NCBI GenBank assembly: GCA_900617105.1
Contig: UYFQ01000032.1
Coordinates: forward strand, 1 to 64,000
Direction of reading: 5' to 3'
DNA: 64,000 nt
From: Hydrurus foetidus
Lineage: Eukaryota
The notes beneath the pieces were generated by a model. The model was not told the origin of the DNA and did not search any database. It saw only the letters and a list, made by a program, of their open reading frames with translations. Positions within the stretch are counted from its first letter, which is position 1. Each line of letters opens with the position of its first letter. This document shows, one piece after another, positions 1 through 8,764 of this stretch. A program made the translations under genes and the position numbers.

Positions 1-87
1 GCGGTAGCGCAGGCGCGGGGCGACGGCGCCGCCGTGCGGCTGACCGCGCCCGCTACAGCAGAGAACGTGCTCAAGGCCCTGCACTAA
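1..87 (+). CDS. xdhB: C-terminal end of xanthine dehydrogenase molybdopterin-binding subunit (partial, runs off left edge)
   Basis: Frame 1 reads AVAQARGDGAAVRLTAPATAENVLKALH* (TAA 85-87), resembling the XdhB terminal L.APAT.E.VL.A motif; purine-catabolism genes resume at 21-24 kb. Confidence 0.65.
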   Translation, partial: AVAQARGDGAAVRLTAPATAENVLKALH

Positions 88-106
88 GGCCTGTACACAT
101 TTCTCT

Positions 107-943
107 TCAGTTTCGCTCGGCCCCCATCACCAGCCCTTCGATACCGTGCTTCTGCGTGATCGGCACCAGCGCATCCACGACCCGGCACACCAGGTGTTGC
201 TTGGCAATGTCCGGCAGCGCGTCGCTCCAGGCCTTTGACACCATCATGTCGTGGAGCTGCGCGTGTCCCGCGCCCGGGGCGTCCACGCCCAGCACCATCA
301 CAGGGCGGGCGATGGGCGAGAGGTGCTCCGTACCGCGGTGGACCGTTAAGGCAGTTCGGCACGAAATATCACCGCGCTGGGGGTATTTGCGAGCGCCCTT
401 CTCTTCGAAGCGCGACCACAGCGACTTGTCTGGGAACATCTGGTGTTTCCATTCGCGGCCGTCGTCGTATTGGGTGCCTGGCGCAATTTCGAACGGCCCC
501 ATGTCCTCGGTGACGTCCACTCCCGTGAGGTTGAACGCCAGCGATGTGATTTTTCGGTCACGGTAGGTATCGGTGGGAGACGGAAAGTCGCGATGCCAGG
601 GCTGGTACTTCGCGCCCTGGAAAGGAACGTCAAAGCCAATTTCCACGATTTGGTAGTCGGGCCCGAGCGTGTTTTTGCACATGGCAACCACCCACGGGTG
701 GGTCACCAAATCGACGAAACCACGGAACTGCTCCGGATGAATCTCGACATACCATCGGCGTGGGCCGCGCCCCACGGCGCCCCCCGGCCGCTGAATGGCG
801 TCCCAAAACGCTGTCATCATGTCCTCGCGCATGGCGTCGGCCCACTCTGGGGTGAAGGCGCCCTTCAAGCCCACAACGCCGTCGATATTCAGGGTTGCAA
901 GTTGGGATGAAAGCTTGTCGTCAAATCCAGCATCGGATGTCAT
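107..943 (-). CDS. Phytanoyl-CoA dioxygenase (PhyH) family Fe(II)/2-oxoglutarate dioxygenase
   Basis: 278 aa; facial-triad motifs QPWHRD and VHRG, GPFEIAPGT strand. Confidence 0.8.
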   Translation of the reverse strand: MTSDAGFDDKLSSQLATLNIDGVVGLKGAFTPEWADAMREDMMTAFWDAIQRPGGAVGRGPRRWYVEIHPEQFRGFVDLVTHPWVVAMCKNTLGPDYQIVEIGFDVPFQGAKYQPWHRDFPSPTDTYRDRKITSLAFNLTGVDVTEDMGPFEIAPGTQYDDGREWKHQMFPDKSLWSRFEEKGARKYPQRGDISCRTALTVHRGTEHLSPIARPVMVLGVDAPGAGHAQLHDMMVSKAWSDALPDIAKQHLVCRVVDALVPITQKHGIEGLVMGAERN

Positions 944-966
944 TGGGTTTTCCTAAGAATTGTTTT

Positions 967-1002
967 AATTATTACTAATAATTTCATGAATATTAACTAA
1001 TA
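967..1002. promoter_or_regulatory. AT-rich divergent promoter with two palindromes (candidate operators)
   Basis: AATTATTA-C-TAATAATT at 967-983 and TATTA-AC-TAATA at 991-1002 between the divergent PhyH and HTH genes. Confidence 0.4.
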
Positions 1003-1004
1003 AA

Positions 1005-1322
1005 ATGCAAATAGACAACCAAATCGATGCGATTCCCGCCGACAGGCCGCAGAACACGCCCATCTCTTTGATCATGCCAATTCCTACCGGAGAGCAGCTC
1101 AAGGCCGCGCGCCTGGCGGCCGGGCTGAACCAGGCCCAGGCGGCAGAGTTGATGGGCTATTCCCTGCAAACCGGCAGCCGCGGCGGCCTGCAGTCCCGCA
1201 CCTGGCAGGCGCTGGAAAGCCCGACGGACGAGCGCTGCATGCAGGGCCCCATATTCGCCATGTTTTTGCTGCTGACGGGGCAGCACCCGGCTTACACCTT
1301 GGTGAAAAAGACCGAGGACTAA
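1005..1322 (+). CDS. Small XRE-type HTH transcriptional regulator (start may be ATG 1074)
   Basis: PTGEQLKAARLAAGLNQAQAAELMG...RTWQALE...FLLLTGQHP pattern. Confidence 0.7.
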   Translation: MQIDNQIDAIPADRPQNTPISLIMPIPTGEQLKAARLAAGLNQAQAAELMGYSLQTGSRGGLQSRTWQALESPTDERCMQGPIFAMFLLLTGQHPAYTLVKKTED

Positions 1323-1598
1323 GGCCGCGCCTGCAGCAGGGCCAGCGTCTCCCCGTCATTGTCAACGGCTCCAATCACTCCATTGCCCACCTTCACGGGC
1401 ACACCGCCACCCACCAGCAGCATGCCGGGCAGATAGACCAGCGTGGCCGCAGCGGGGTTCTTGTCCGCTTTCTCCATCATGGCCAGCGTTGTCAGCGCGT
1501 TGCACGGCACGCACGGTGCGCACCGCCTGGGCTTGCGCGCCAGCGGCGGTGAATAGGGCGTTGGTGGCGATGGCGAAGGCGGACAGGGACTTGTTCAC
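1319..1598 (-). pseudogene. Deleted, frameshifted GlcG/HbpS (DUF336) heme-binding protein remnant
   Basis: Signal peptide + AQAVRT + VRAVQRADNAG in one frame; TTLAMME..KNPAAA.LV..PG.LL.GGGVPVKVGN.VIGAV in another; internal parts and C-terminus missing. Confidence 0.7.
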
Positions 1599-2021
1599 AC
1601 GGTTCTACTAAAGGGTTCTAAGGGACGGCAGACTGTTGTTTGCCGTTGGGAAAACTGTAGAAAAAAGGCGGCTCTGCGGGGTATTCGTAGGCTTACGTTT
1701 TTGACTCCTTAGAACTACAGAGTTGGGGTGGTGCCGCTAGGCACTCCGGAAGACGGGATACGAGACAAAGCGGAATTCCATTACGCCGAACCCGGCTGCC
1801 CGAAAGCCGACATTGCCTATCGCTTGCCGACATTTCTAGTGGCCGACTGGAATGGAGCCGACTTTTTGATGGCTAGAGGTTTTGACTGCGGTGGGTTGGT
1901 AGCAGGCGAGGCTGTTTTCAATCTGACCGCTCCTAACAGGAAATTGGAGGCAAAGTTCAAACAAGACAAGCCTCTTCGCCATGTTGTGCGCAGCCTTTCG
2001 GTGGCGTGGACGTACTTATTG

Positions 2022-2684
2022 TCACCCAGCGTACTTGGCCAGGAAGCCGCGCAGGTCACGGAATTCGGGCATGCGTTCCTTCAACGTCGCATGGTCCCAA
2101 TCCCACCAGGCGGTGGATTCCAGGCCTTCGGCAATGGCGCGTGGGAACCGGTAGCGGATCAGCTTGGCGGCCACACCGCCGACGATGGCATAAGGCGGCA
2201 CGTCTTTGGTGACCACCGCGTTGCTGCCCACGACGGCGCCATTGCCGATGCACACGCCTGGCATGATGACGGCGCCGTGGCCGATCCACGTGTCGTGCCC
2301 AATGTGGACGCGCTGGCGGCGGCGCCAGGCAAAGAAATCGGTTTCGTCCTGCTCGGCCATACCGTACATGGTGGGGCGGTAGGTGAAGTGGTGTTGCGTG
2401 GGCCGCTCCATGGGGTGAAAGCCGGGGTTGATCCGCACCATGGCGGCAATGTTGGCAAACTTGCCAATGTCTGCCGACATCAGGTCGCAGTGTTCCTGCA
2501 AATACGCATAGTCATCCAGCAGGCAATCTTGCATGCGCGCGAAAGCACCCACCTGGGTGTAACGGCCAAAGCGGCAGTCACGCACGACAGCAGTGGGGGC
2601 CAGCGTGGGCTGTTCAGACGACAGGCGCACGCCGCCAGAGGTGTTGTGGGCGTCGACGTGGATGTAGGGCATGGTGACGGACAT
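2022..2684 (-). CDS. Phosphonate-cluster hexapeptide-repeat acetyltransferase (CAT/DapH-like)
   Basis: IGHDTWIGHGAVIMPGV.IGNGAVVGSNAVVTKDV..Y.IVGG.AAK.IR.RF; directly downstream of phnM. Confidence 0.88.
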   Translation of the reverse strand: MSVTMPYIHVDAHNTSGGVRLSSEQPTLAPTAVVRDCRFGRYTQVGAFARMQDCLLDDYAYLQEHCDLMSADIGKFANIAAMVRINPGFHPMERPTQHHFTYRPTMYGMAEQDETDFFAWRRRQRVHIGHDTWIGHGAVIMPGVCIGNGAVVGSNAVVTKDVPPYAIVGGVAAKLIRYRFPRAIAEGLESTAWWDWDHATLKERMPEFRDLRGFLAKYAG

Positions 2685-2702
2685 TTTTTATATCCAGCAG
2701 GT

Positions 2703-3845
2703 TCAATGCGCACGCTGTCCGGCCAGCCAGGTCTCCAGCACCATAGGCGTTCCCACCTGCGTCATGCGCACACGTAACAGGTCGGCGCGCAAGCCGTTGG
2801 CAACTTCGCCCCGGTCATGCAGGCCAATGGCAAGCGCGGCATTGCGCGTAACCGTGCGCACCGCCTTGGGCAGGGACCAACCGTCGAGCTGGCCCAGCAT
2901 GAAGGTGGCCATGAGCAAACTGCTGGGCACATAGTCGGAGGAGAAAATGTCCAGCAAGTCATGCTGCGCCAACTCGGCCGCCGACACGTTGCCCGAGTGC
3001 GAACCGCCCTTCACCATATTGGGCCCGCCCATGACAATAGCCAAACCTGCGGCTCGCGCTGCCTGCGCAGCGGCCACGGTGGTGGGGAATTCTGAGATAG
3101 CCACACCTTCGGCGATAGCCAGTTCGACGTCGCTGAGCAAGGTGTCGTCGTGGCTGGCCAAGGGAATATTGCGCTCGCGGCTGGCATGGACGATGACCTG
3201 ACGGTGCGGCAGTGCGTAGGCCTGTTGGTCGGCGCGGCGCTCCGCAATCATGGCGTCAAACGCGGCGTCGGTGTAGCTGCCGTTGCGCTCTGAGTAGCGG
3301 CGGTAGCTTTTCAGGTCGCGCCACTGGCGCTGACCCGGGGTGTGGTCCATCACGCTCACCAGCTTCAGCAGTGCGTCATCGGCATACTGGTTGAAGGCTT
3401 CCAAGATGTCGGGGGCCGATACCTCGCAGCGCAGGTGCAGCAGGTGCTCCACGCGCATCAACCCTTCATTGCGGCACTGGTGCAACGCGGCAATGGAAGT
3501 GTGCTGGGTTTGGGTTCGGGCACCGCCCGCATCTAGATCACCAATCACCACCGAATCAAGCACGGTGGTAATGCCTGCAGCGGCACATTGGGCGTCGTGC
3601 ACCATCATGGCGGAATGTGCATTCCACATCACGCCGGGGCGCGGCACCAGGTGTTTTTCCAGGTTGTCAGTATGCAGTTCGACCAAGCCCGGAATGAGCC
3701 AGTCGCCGCCCCAGTCCTTGGCGTCGGGCAGCGATGTATCGCCACGGTCCACGGAGTGGATGAGACCGTCCTGCATGCACAGGGTTCCGGTAAATTCTTC
3801 GTCGGCCGTAACAATGCGGGCGTTGCGGATGATGCGTTGTTTCAT
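2703..3845 (-). CDS. phnM: Alpha-D-ribose 1-methylphosphonate 5-triphosphate diphosphatase
   Basis: PGLVELHTDNLE, MDHTPGQRQ, ASHDD, GGSHSGNV, SSDYVP motifs. Confidence 0.96.
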   Translation of the reverse strand: MKQRIIRNARIVTADEEFTGTLCMQDGLIHSVDRGDTSLPDAKDWGGDWLIPGLVELHTDNLEKHLVPRPGVMWNAHSAMMVHDAQCAAAGITTVLDSVVIGDLDAGGARTQTQHTSIAALHQCRNEGLMRVEHLLHLRCEVSAPDILEAFNQYADDALLKLVSVMDHTPGQRQWRDLKSYRRYSERNGSYTDAAFDAMIAERRADQQAYALPHRQVIVHASRERNIPLASHDDTLLSDVELAIAEGVAISEFPTTVAAAQAARAAGLAIVMGGPNMVKGGSHSGNVSAAELAQHDLLDIFSSDYVPSSLLMATFMLGQLDGWSLPKAVRTVTRNAALAIGLHDRGEVANGLRADLLRVRMTQVGTPMVLETWLAGQRAH

Positions 3846-3863
3846 CGGTGCAGTCCTTAAAAA

Positions 3864-4574
3864 TTAATTGAGGGTTCGGTGTTGTTCGACGTCAAAGCAG
3901 CGGCTGGCAACGGCCTGGCGTACTTCGTCATCATGAAAAATACCCACAATGGCGCTGCCATTGGCACGGGCTTCGTGGATCAGATCCACCACGACGCGGC
4001 GGTTGTCGGCGTCCAGTGACGCTGTAGGCTCATCGAGCAGCAGCACCGGAGCCTGGGTGATCATGCCGTGGGCAATGTTGACGCGCTGCTGCTCGCCACC
4101 CGAAAACGTGGCCGGAGGCAGCTGCCACAAGTGTTCATGCAGGTTCAACCGCTGCAGCCAGTGCGCCGCTTGTTCACGCGCCTGAGCGGCGCTGTGGCCC
4201 AGGCGGCGTAATGGGTCCGCCACAATGTCCAGCGTGGAGACACGTGGAATGGTGCGCAAAAACTGCGACACGTATCCCATGGTGCGCCGACGCACATCAA
4301 ACACTTCGCGCGGCTGGGCGCTGGCCATGCTGACCCAGCCGCCCTGGTGGTGTATGCGCACATCGCCACTGGTCGCGGCGTAGTTGCCGTACAGGCAGCG
4401 CAGCAAAGAGCTTTTGCCGCTACCAGAATGGCCGGTCAAGGCGAGGCACTCGCCACTGTGCACCTGCAGGTCAATGTTGGCAAACACCGGTAGTTGGAGT
4501 CCTGCCCGCGTGTGGAGCGTGAAGGTCTTGCTCAGCGCAATGGTTTCAATAGCGGTGGTCATGGTGGTCGTCAT
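3864..4574 (-). CDS. phnL: C-P lyase system ABC-type ATPase PhnL
   Basis: K.F.LH, GHSGSGKSS, YVSQFLR.IPRV, FSGGEQQRVNIA, IVGIFHD. Confidence 0.95.
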   Translation of the reverse strand: MTTTMTTAIETIALSKTFTLHTRAGLQLPVFANIDLQVHSGECLALTGHSGSGKSSLLRCLYGNYAATSGDVRIHHQGGWVSMASAQPREVFDVRRRTMGYVSQFLRTIPRVSTLDIVADPLRRLGHSAAQAREQAAHWLQRLNLHEHLWQLPPATFSGGEQQRVNIAHGMITQAPVLLLDEPTASLDADNRRVVVDLIHEARANGSAIVGIFHDDEVRQAVASRCFDVEQHRTLN

Positions 4575-5377
4575 GGGGTGAGTACCGAGGAAACAAGCAG
4601 TTGGGTGTAGGGGTGTTGCGGGTCGTCCAGCACGCGGTCGGTCAGGCCCTGCTCAACCACCTGGCCGTCTTTCATGACCAGCATGCGCTGCGCCAAAAGA
4701 CGCGCCACGGCCAGGTCGTGCGTGACCACCACGGCGGCCAGTTGCAACTCGTCCACCAATTCGCGCAACAGGTCCAACAGCCGGGCCTGCACCGAGACAT
4801 CCAGCCCGGTGGTGGGTTCGTCCATGAAGACCAGCCTTGGGTGGGTGACCAGGTTGCGGGCAATCTGCAAGCGCTGCTGCATGCCGCCTGAATAGGTGGC
4901 GGGCAGGTCGTCAATGCGGGCGGTATCAAGCTCCACACGCTCCATCCACGCCAGTGCCTCGCTGCGCAGCTTGCCATAGTGGCGTGCGCCCAGTGCCATC
5001 AGGCGCTCACCCACGTTGGCACCACCCGACACGTTCATGCGCAGGCCGTCGCGGGCGTGTTGCTCCACAAAGCCCCAGTCGGTACGGGCCAGCCAACGCA
5101 GGCGCGCCTCCGACAGCCCGGCCAAGTCCACCAGTGCCGCAGGAACGGCATCGGTCTCTGCGCGCACATCGTAGTGGACAGATCCTTCGTCGCAGGCATG
5201 GCGCGTGGCCAGCAGACGCAGCAACGTGCTTTTGCCGGAGCCAGACTCACCCACAACGGCCAACACCTCACCCGGATACAAATCAAAACTCACGCCCCGG
5301 CAGGCCCAACGCGCGTGGCCTTGGTGTACGAACGATTTGCCCACGCTACGCGCGGACAACAGGACAGACGGGTTCAT
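4571..5377 (-). CDS. phnK: C-P lyase system ABC-type ATPase PhnK
   Basis: GESGSGKST, RTDWGFV, SGGMQQRLQIARNLVT.PRLVFMDEPT.GLDVSVQARLLD, LDDPQHPYTQLLVSS. Confidence 0.96.
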   Translation of the reverse strand: MNPSVLLSARSVGKSFVHQGHARWACRGVSFDLYPGEVLAVVGESGSGKSTLLRLLATRHACDEGSVHYDVRAETDAVPAALVDLAGLSEARLRWLARTDWGFVEQHARDGLRMNVSGGANVGERLMALGARHYGKLRSEALAWMERVELDTARIDDLPATYSGGMQQRLQIARNLVTHPRLVFMDEPTTGLDVSVQARLLDLLRELVDELQLAAVVVTHDLAVARLLAQRMLVMKDGQVVEQGLTDRVLDDPQHPYTQLLVSSVLTP

Positions 5378-6270
5378 GCGACCTCCTGCTTGGCAAGGAC
5401 GTCGCCCACGGTGACTGCCTGCTGGCCGCCCACCTTGCCATCGTTGCGTCGCCCTTCGCAGTAGTCGCTATCGGAGCAGACGAACAGGCGACTGCCCTCG
5501 TCATCCACAATCATTTCGTCCAGGTAACTCTCTGCGGAACCACACAGCGCACAGGCATGCTCCCAGCGCTGTACTTCAAATGGGTGATCTTCAAAATCCA
5601 GGCTGCGTACCGTGGTGTAAGGTGGAATGGCGTAGATGCGTTTTTCCCGCCCGGCACCAAAAAGCTGAAGCGCGGGGTTCATGTGCATCTTGGGGTTGTC
5701 AAACTTGGGAATAGGTGAAGGAGACATTAGGTAACGCTCGTTCACCATGACGGGATAGTCGTAGCTGCTCGAGATGGCGCCCAGCTGCGCGATGTCTTCG
5801 TACAGGCGCACATGCATCAGGCCGTAGTCGCTCAGTGCGTGCATCTTGATGGCCTCACTTCGGCTGGACTCCAGCTTGAACAGGGGCTCCGGCATGGGCA
5901 CCTGGTAGACCAATATCTGTTGCTCGGTGAGGGGCTGCTCCGGTATACGGTGGCGGGTCTGAATCAGCGTGGCCTCGGCGGTCTTCTCGGTGGTGGCAAC
6001 GCCGGTAGTGCGGGCGAAGAAGCGGCGTATGTTGACGGCGTTGGTCGTGTCGTCCGCGCCTTGGTCGATGACCTTGAGCACATCGCTTTGGCCGATGATG
6101 CTGGCCGTCACCTGCACGCCGCCCGTACCCCAACCGTAGGCAAACGGCATTTCGCGAGAACCAAAAGGCACCTGGTAGCCGGGCACGGCCACGGCCTTGA
6201 GTAAGGCACGGCGAATGTGCTTCTTTGTGCCTTCGTCCAGAAAGGCAAAGTTGTAATGGGTGTCAGTCAT
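5374..6270 (-). CDS. phnJ: Radical-SAM carbon-phosphorus lyase PhnJ
   Basis: YNFAFLDE, PGYQVPF, GWGTGG, CALC...CSDSDYC cluster motif. Confidence 0.97.
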   Translation of the reverse strand: MTDTHYNFAFLDEGTKKHIRRALLKAVAVPGYQVPFGSREMPFAYGWGTGGVQVTASIIGQSDVLKVIDQGADDTTNAVNIRRFFARTTGVATTEKTAEATLIQTRHRIPEQPLTEQQILVYQVPMPEPLFKLESSRSEAIKMHALSDYGLMHVRLYEDIAQLGAISSSYDYPVMVNERYLMSPSPIPKFDNPKMHMNPALQLFGAGREKRIYAIPPYTTVRSLDFEDHPFEVQRWEHACALCGSAESYLDEMIVDDEGSRLFVCSDSDYCEGRRNDGKVGGQQAVTVGDVLAKQEVA

Positions 6271-7421
6271 GCGGCTTTCTCTGGTGCGGCGTTTGCGGCG
6301 TGTGCATGTTCGGCGCGCATCTTGCGAACCAGTTCCAGCTCGGCCTGAAAATCAACGTAATGCGGCAGTTTCAAGTGCTGCACAAAGCCTGAGGCTTCCA
6401 CGTTGTCGGCGTGTGACAAAACGAACTCTTCGTCCTGCGCCGGCGCCATGCGGGGCTCGCCCAATTCGTCGGCGCGCAGGGCACGGTCTACCAGCGCCAT
6501 GGCCATGGCCTTGCGCTCGGATCCGCCAAAAGCGAGGCCATAGCCCTGGGTGAACTGCGGCGGTATGTCTTTGTTACCGCTGAACTGGTTGATCATTTGG
6601 CACTCAGTCACTTCAAGATCTCCAATGTCCAAAGCAAATCCCAGCTCATCGGGTACCAGTTCCACCGCCACAAAGCCACGGCGTATTTCGCCGGCAAAGG
6701 GGTGGGTGTTGGCATAGCCACGTTGGGTCGAGTAGCCCAAGGCCATCAACCAGCCCTCATCTCCGCGTGCCAGGGCCTGCAAGCGCAGAGCGCGGTCGGC
6801 CGGGTACATGAGCGGCTCGCGAGTCAGATCGCCGGGTGGCTCCGTGCCGACCGGCTGCGGAGTTTCCAGCAGCCCTTCACGCGCCAGCAAGTCATTGATG
6901 CGCGGTATCACATAGGGATCGGCACCAATGGCCGTTTGCATGGCTGGAGCAAATTGCACGGCCGTCTCAACGCGCTCTTTCGCTGGATCTTTTTTTGTGT
7001 CGCCGGGGTCGCCTTCGGCCAGCAAAGCAAAGTCGAGCAAGCGTTGGGTATAGTCATAGGTCGGCCCCAGTAGCTGACCACCCGGCACCTCCTTGAACGT
7101 GGCGGAAATGCGGCGCAACAACGCAATGCGCGCAGTGTCCAGCGGCTCGCTGTAACCAAACCGCGGCAGTGTGGTGCGGTAGGCCCGCAGCAAGAACACC
7201 GCTTCCAGCAGGTCCCCACTCGCCTGCTTGATGGCCAGTGCGGCCAATTCCGGGTCAAACAGAGAGCCCTCACTCATGACACGGTCCACCGCGAGCGACA
7301 GTTGCGCGCGAATCTGAGCTACCGACAGTTCTGCCAGTGCAGTGTCGCCGCGACGTTGGGCGTCCAGCAGGCGCCAGGAACTTTCGATGGCGGCAGCGCC
7401 GCCTTTAACCGCTACATACAT
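6267..7421 (-). CDS. phnI: C-P lyase complex subunit PhnI
   Basis: Start at ATG 7421 (MYVAVKGG); RRISATFK, GGQLLGPTYDY, GFVQHLKLPHYVDFQ. Confidence 0.96.
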   Translation of the reverse strand: MYVAVKGGAAAIESSWRLLDAQRRGDTALAELSVAQIRAQLSLAVDRVMSEGSLFDPELAALAIKQASGDLLEAVFLLRAYRTTLPRFGYSEPLDTARIALLRRISATFKEVPGGQLLGPTYDYTQRLLDFALLAEGDPGDTKKDPAKERVETAVQFAPAMQTAIGADPYVIPRINDLLAREGLLETPQPVGTEPPGDLTREPLMYPADRALRLQALARGDEGWLMALGYSTQRGYANTHPFAGEIRRGFVAVELVPDELGFALDIGDLEVTECQMINQFSGNKDIPPQFTQGYGLAFGGSERKAMAMALVDRALRADELGEPRMAPAQDEEFVLSHADNVEASGFVQHLKLPHYVDFQAELELVRKMRAEHAHAANAAPEKAA

Positions 7422-7422
7422 A

Positions 7423-8022
7423 TCAGACTCCTTCCAGTCGCCGAACCCGCGTGGTGCGCGGTAGCCCCATGGCACGATCGCCACAGGTAAATACAATGTC
7501 CACCCCGCGCGGAAACGCGGCATGGTTGGCTTGCCACTGCGACCAGAACCCGCTGGGCACACCCATCAGCCCGACGCGCTCAACTACCTGGATGCCCGGA
7601 CCGCGCCACTCCAGTTGGGGTCCCCCTTCAAGAGCAGACACCTCGATAAACAGGGTGGTGGAAAACTCCGGCGACTCACTGCTGCCCAAGGCGAAATCAG
7701 CCAGTGCTGGTGCCTCGTCAAGACGACTCAGCACTGCAAAGCTGGCGTCATCTGGCTGTGGGGTCACGCGGGCGCCGGTGTGGAACTGCAACCAGCTTGG
7801 GAGGCGTGTGTCGGCATCCTGCCACCAGACTGGCGTCTCTTCGTCGCACAGCGAGAGCAGCAAGCGTGCGCTGGCGCCCCCCAAGACGACATCGGGCAAT
7901 GCCGGTCCGATCACGCGAATTTGGCCAGGGCGAGCGAGCGCATCCATCACAGCGCGAAAAGCCTGCTGGCTAGCGGATACCGCATCTGGCAGTCCCGCTG
8001 CCATGGCATGGACCGCGCTCAT
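7423..8022 (-). CDS. phnH: C-P lyase complex subunit PhnH
   Basis: SQQAFRAVMDALARPG, L.D.ETPVW, PE.STTL, GPGI, FPRGVD, LPRTT. Confidence 0.93.
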   Translation of the reverse strand: MSAVHAMAAGLPDAVSASQQAFRAVMDALARPGQIRVIGPALPDVVLGGASARLLLSLCDEETPVWWQDADTRLPSWLQFHTGARVTPQPDDASFAVLSRLDEAPALADFALGSSESPEFSTTLFIEVSALEGGPQLEWRGPGIQVVERVGLMGVPSGFWSQWQANHAAFPRGVDIVFTCGDRAMGLPRTTRVRRLEGV

Positions 8023-8483
8023 GCCTCACCCCGCACAAAAGTGAAGAACTCAACCTTCGAATCAGCGACCCTCTGCTGTTGGCTCTGCCTTGCCTGAGCC
8101 TGCACCCGTGTCAACCCGTCGATGAGCGTGGCATGCAGTGTGTCGTGGTGCGCCGGGTCCTGCAGCAGCGCGTCAATAATGGCCACCACTTCTGCGCGGC
8201 GTTTGTCACGCCCGAGCACATAGCCCACGCCCAATGGCCCACCACCCAGGCGCACCGCACAGCGCGCAACGCTGGCTTCGCCCAGATTAAAGGGGTTGCC
8301 GGTGCCGCCGACACGTGCGCGCAGCATGACCATGCCAACCTCGGCGGGGCGAACACGCTGGAGTGGAGGAATCGTCGCGGCCGCTGGCAGGGCGCTCTCC
8401 AGTTGCGCCATGGACGCGCGGGCCAGCACGGCAAGCCAGGCCTGCCTTGCTGGGTTTGGGGGAGGTGAAGTAACGGCAGTCAT
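8019..8483 (-). CDS. phnG: C-P lyase complex subunit PhnG
   Basis: RQAWLAVLA, E.GMVMLRAR.GGTG..FNLGEA, SKVEFFT..RG. Confidence 0.94.
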   Translation of the reverse strand: MTAVTSPPPNPARQAWLAVLARASMAQLESALPAAATIPPLQRVRPAEVGMVMLRARVGGTGNPFNLGEASVARCAVRLGGGPLGVGYVLGRDKRRAEVVAIIDALLQDPAHHDTLHATLIDGLTRVQAQARQSQQQRVADSKVEFFTFVRGEA

Positions 8484-8501
8484 ATGGATGTCTAAATCAG
8501 T
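8479..8501 (+). promoter_or_regulatory. Candidate PhnF operator, copy 1 (overlaps phnG start codon)
   Basis: GTCATATGGATGTCTAAATCAGT; 21/23 identical to 8701-8723. Confidence 0.55.
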
Positions 8502-8571
8502 TTCAAGGGTTGAAGGCCCGTCCGGAGTGCAGGGTTCAGTGTTGTTGAGCTCGCAAGTTCAACCGGTCAAC

Positions 8572-8589
8572 ATGTAGCATTTGTGACAG
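8572..8589 (-). promoter_or_regulatory. Pho-box-like PhoB site upstream of phnG
   Basis: Minus strand CTGTCAC-AAAT-GCTACAT, 11-bp period. Confidence 0.55.
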
Positions 8590-8698
8590 TCGAAAAAATT
8601 TGTGAGCCGCGACACAGGCCTAGCGTTTTTCCAACAACTGGCGCGCCGGGACGCCTGGGTTGCACCGGCGATCCAGCTCGCTCCCAGAAGCGAAGGTT

Positions 8699-8723
8699 CT
8701 GTCATACAGATGTCTAAATCAGT
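8699..8723 (+). promoter_or_regulatory. Pho-box-like site overlapping candidate PhnF operator copy 2, upstream of phnF
   Basis: CTGTCAT-ACAG-ATGTCTA-AATCAGT. Confidence 0.55.
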
Positions 8724-8764
8724 CACTACAGTGAAGCCTTCCAGTCCAAAAAAAAGGGGCAAAC

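Noticed and set aside
84..102. CTAAGGCCTGTACACATTT resembling an IS5/MITE end at the xdhB stop
   Set aside because: No convincing partner inverted repeat found in the window.
1800..1865. Four GCCGAC hexamers
   Set aside because: Irregular spacing and very short; not a CRISPR, iteron or attC array.
1728..2777. 349-aa plus-strand ORF whose start (GLVAGEAVFN) faintly recalls CarA
   Set aside because: Mostly antisense to the acetyltransferase; the resemblance is too short to support.
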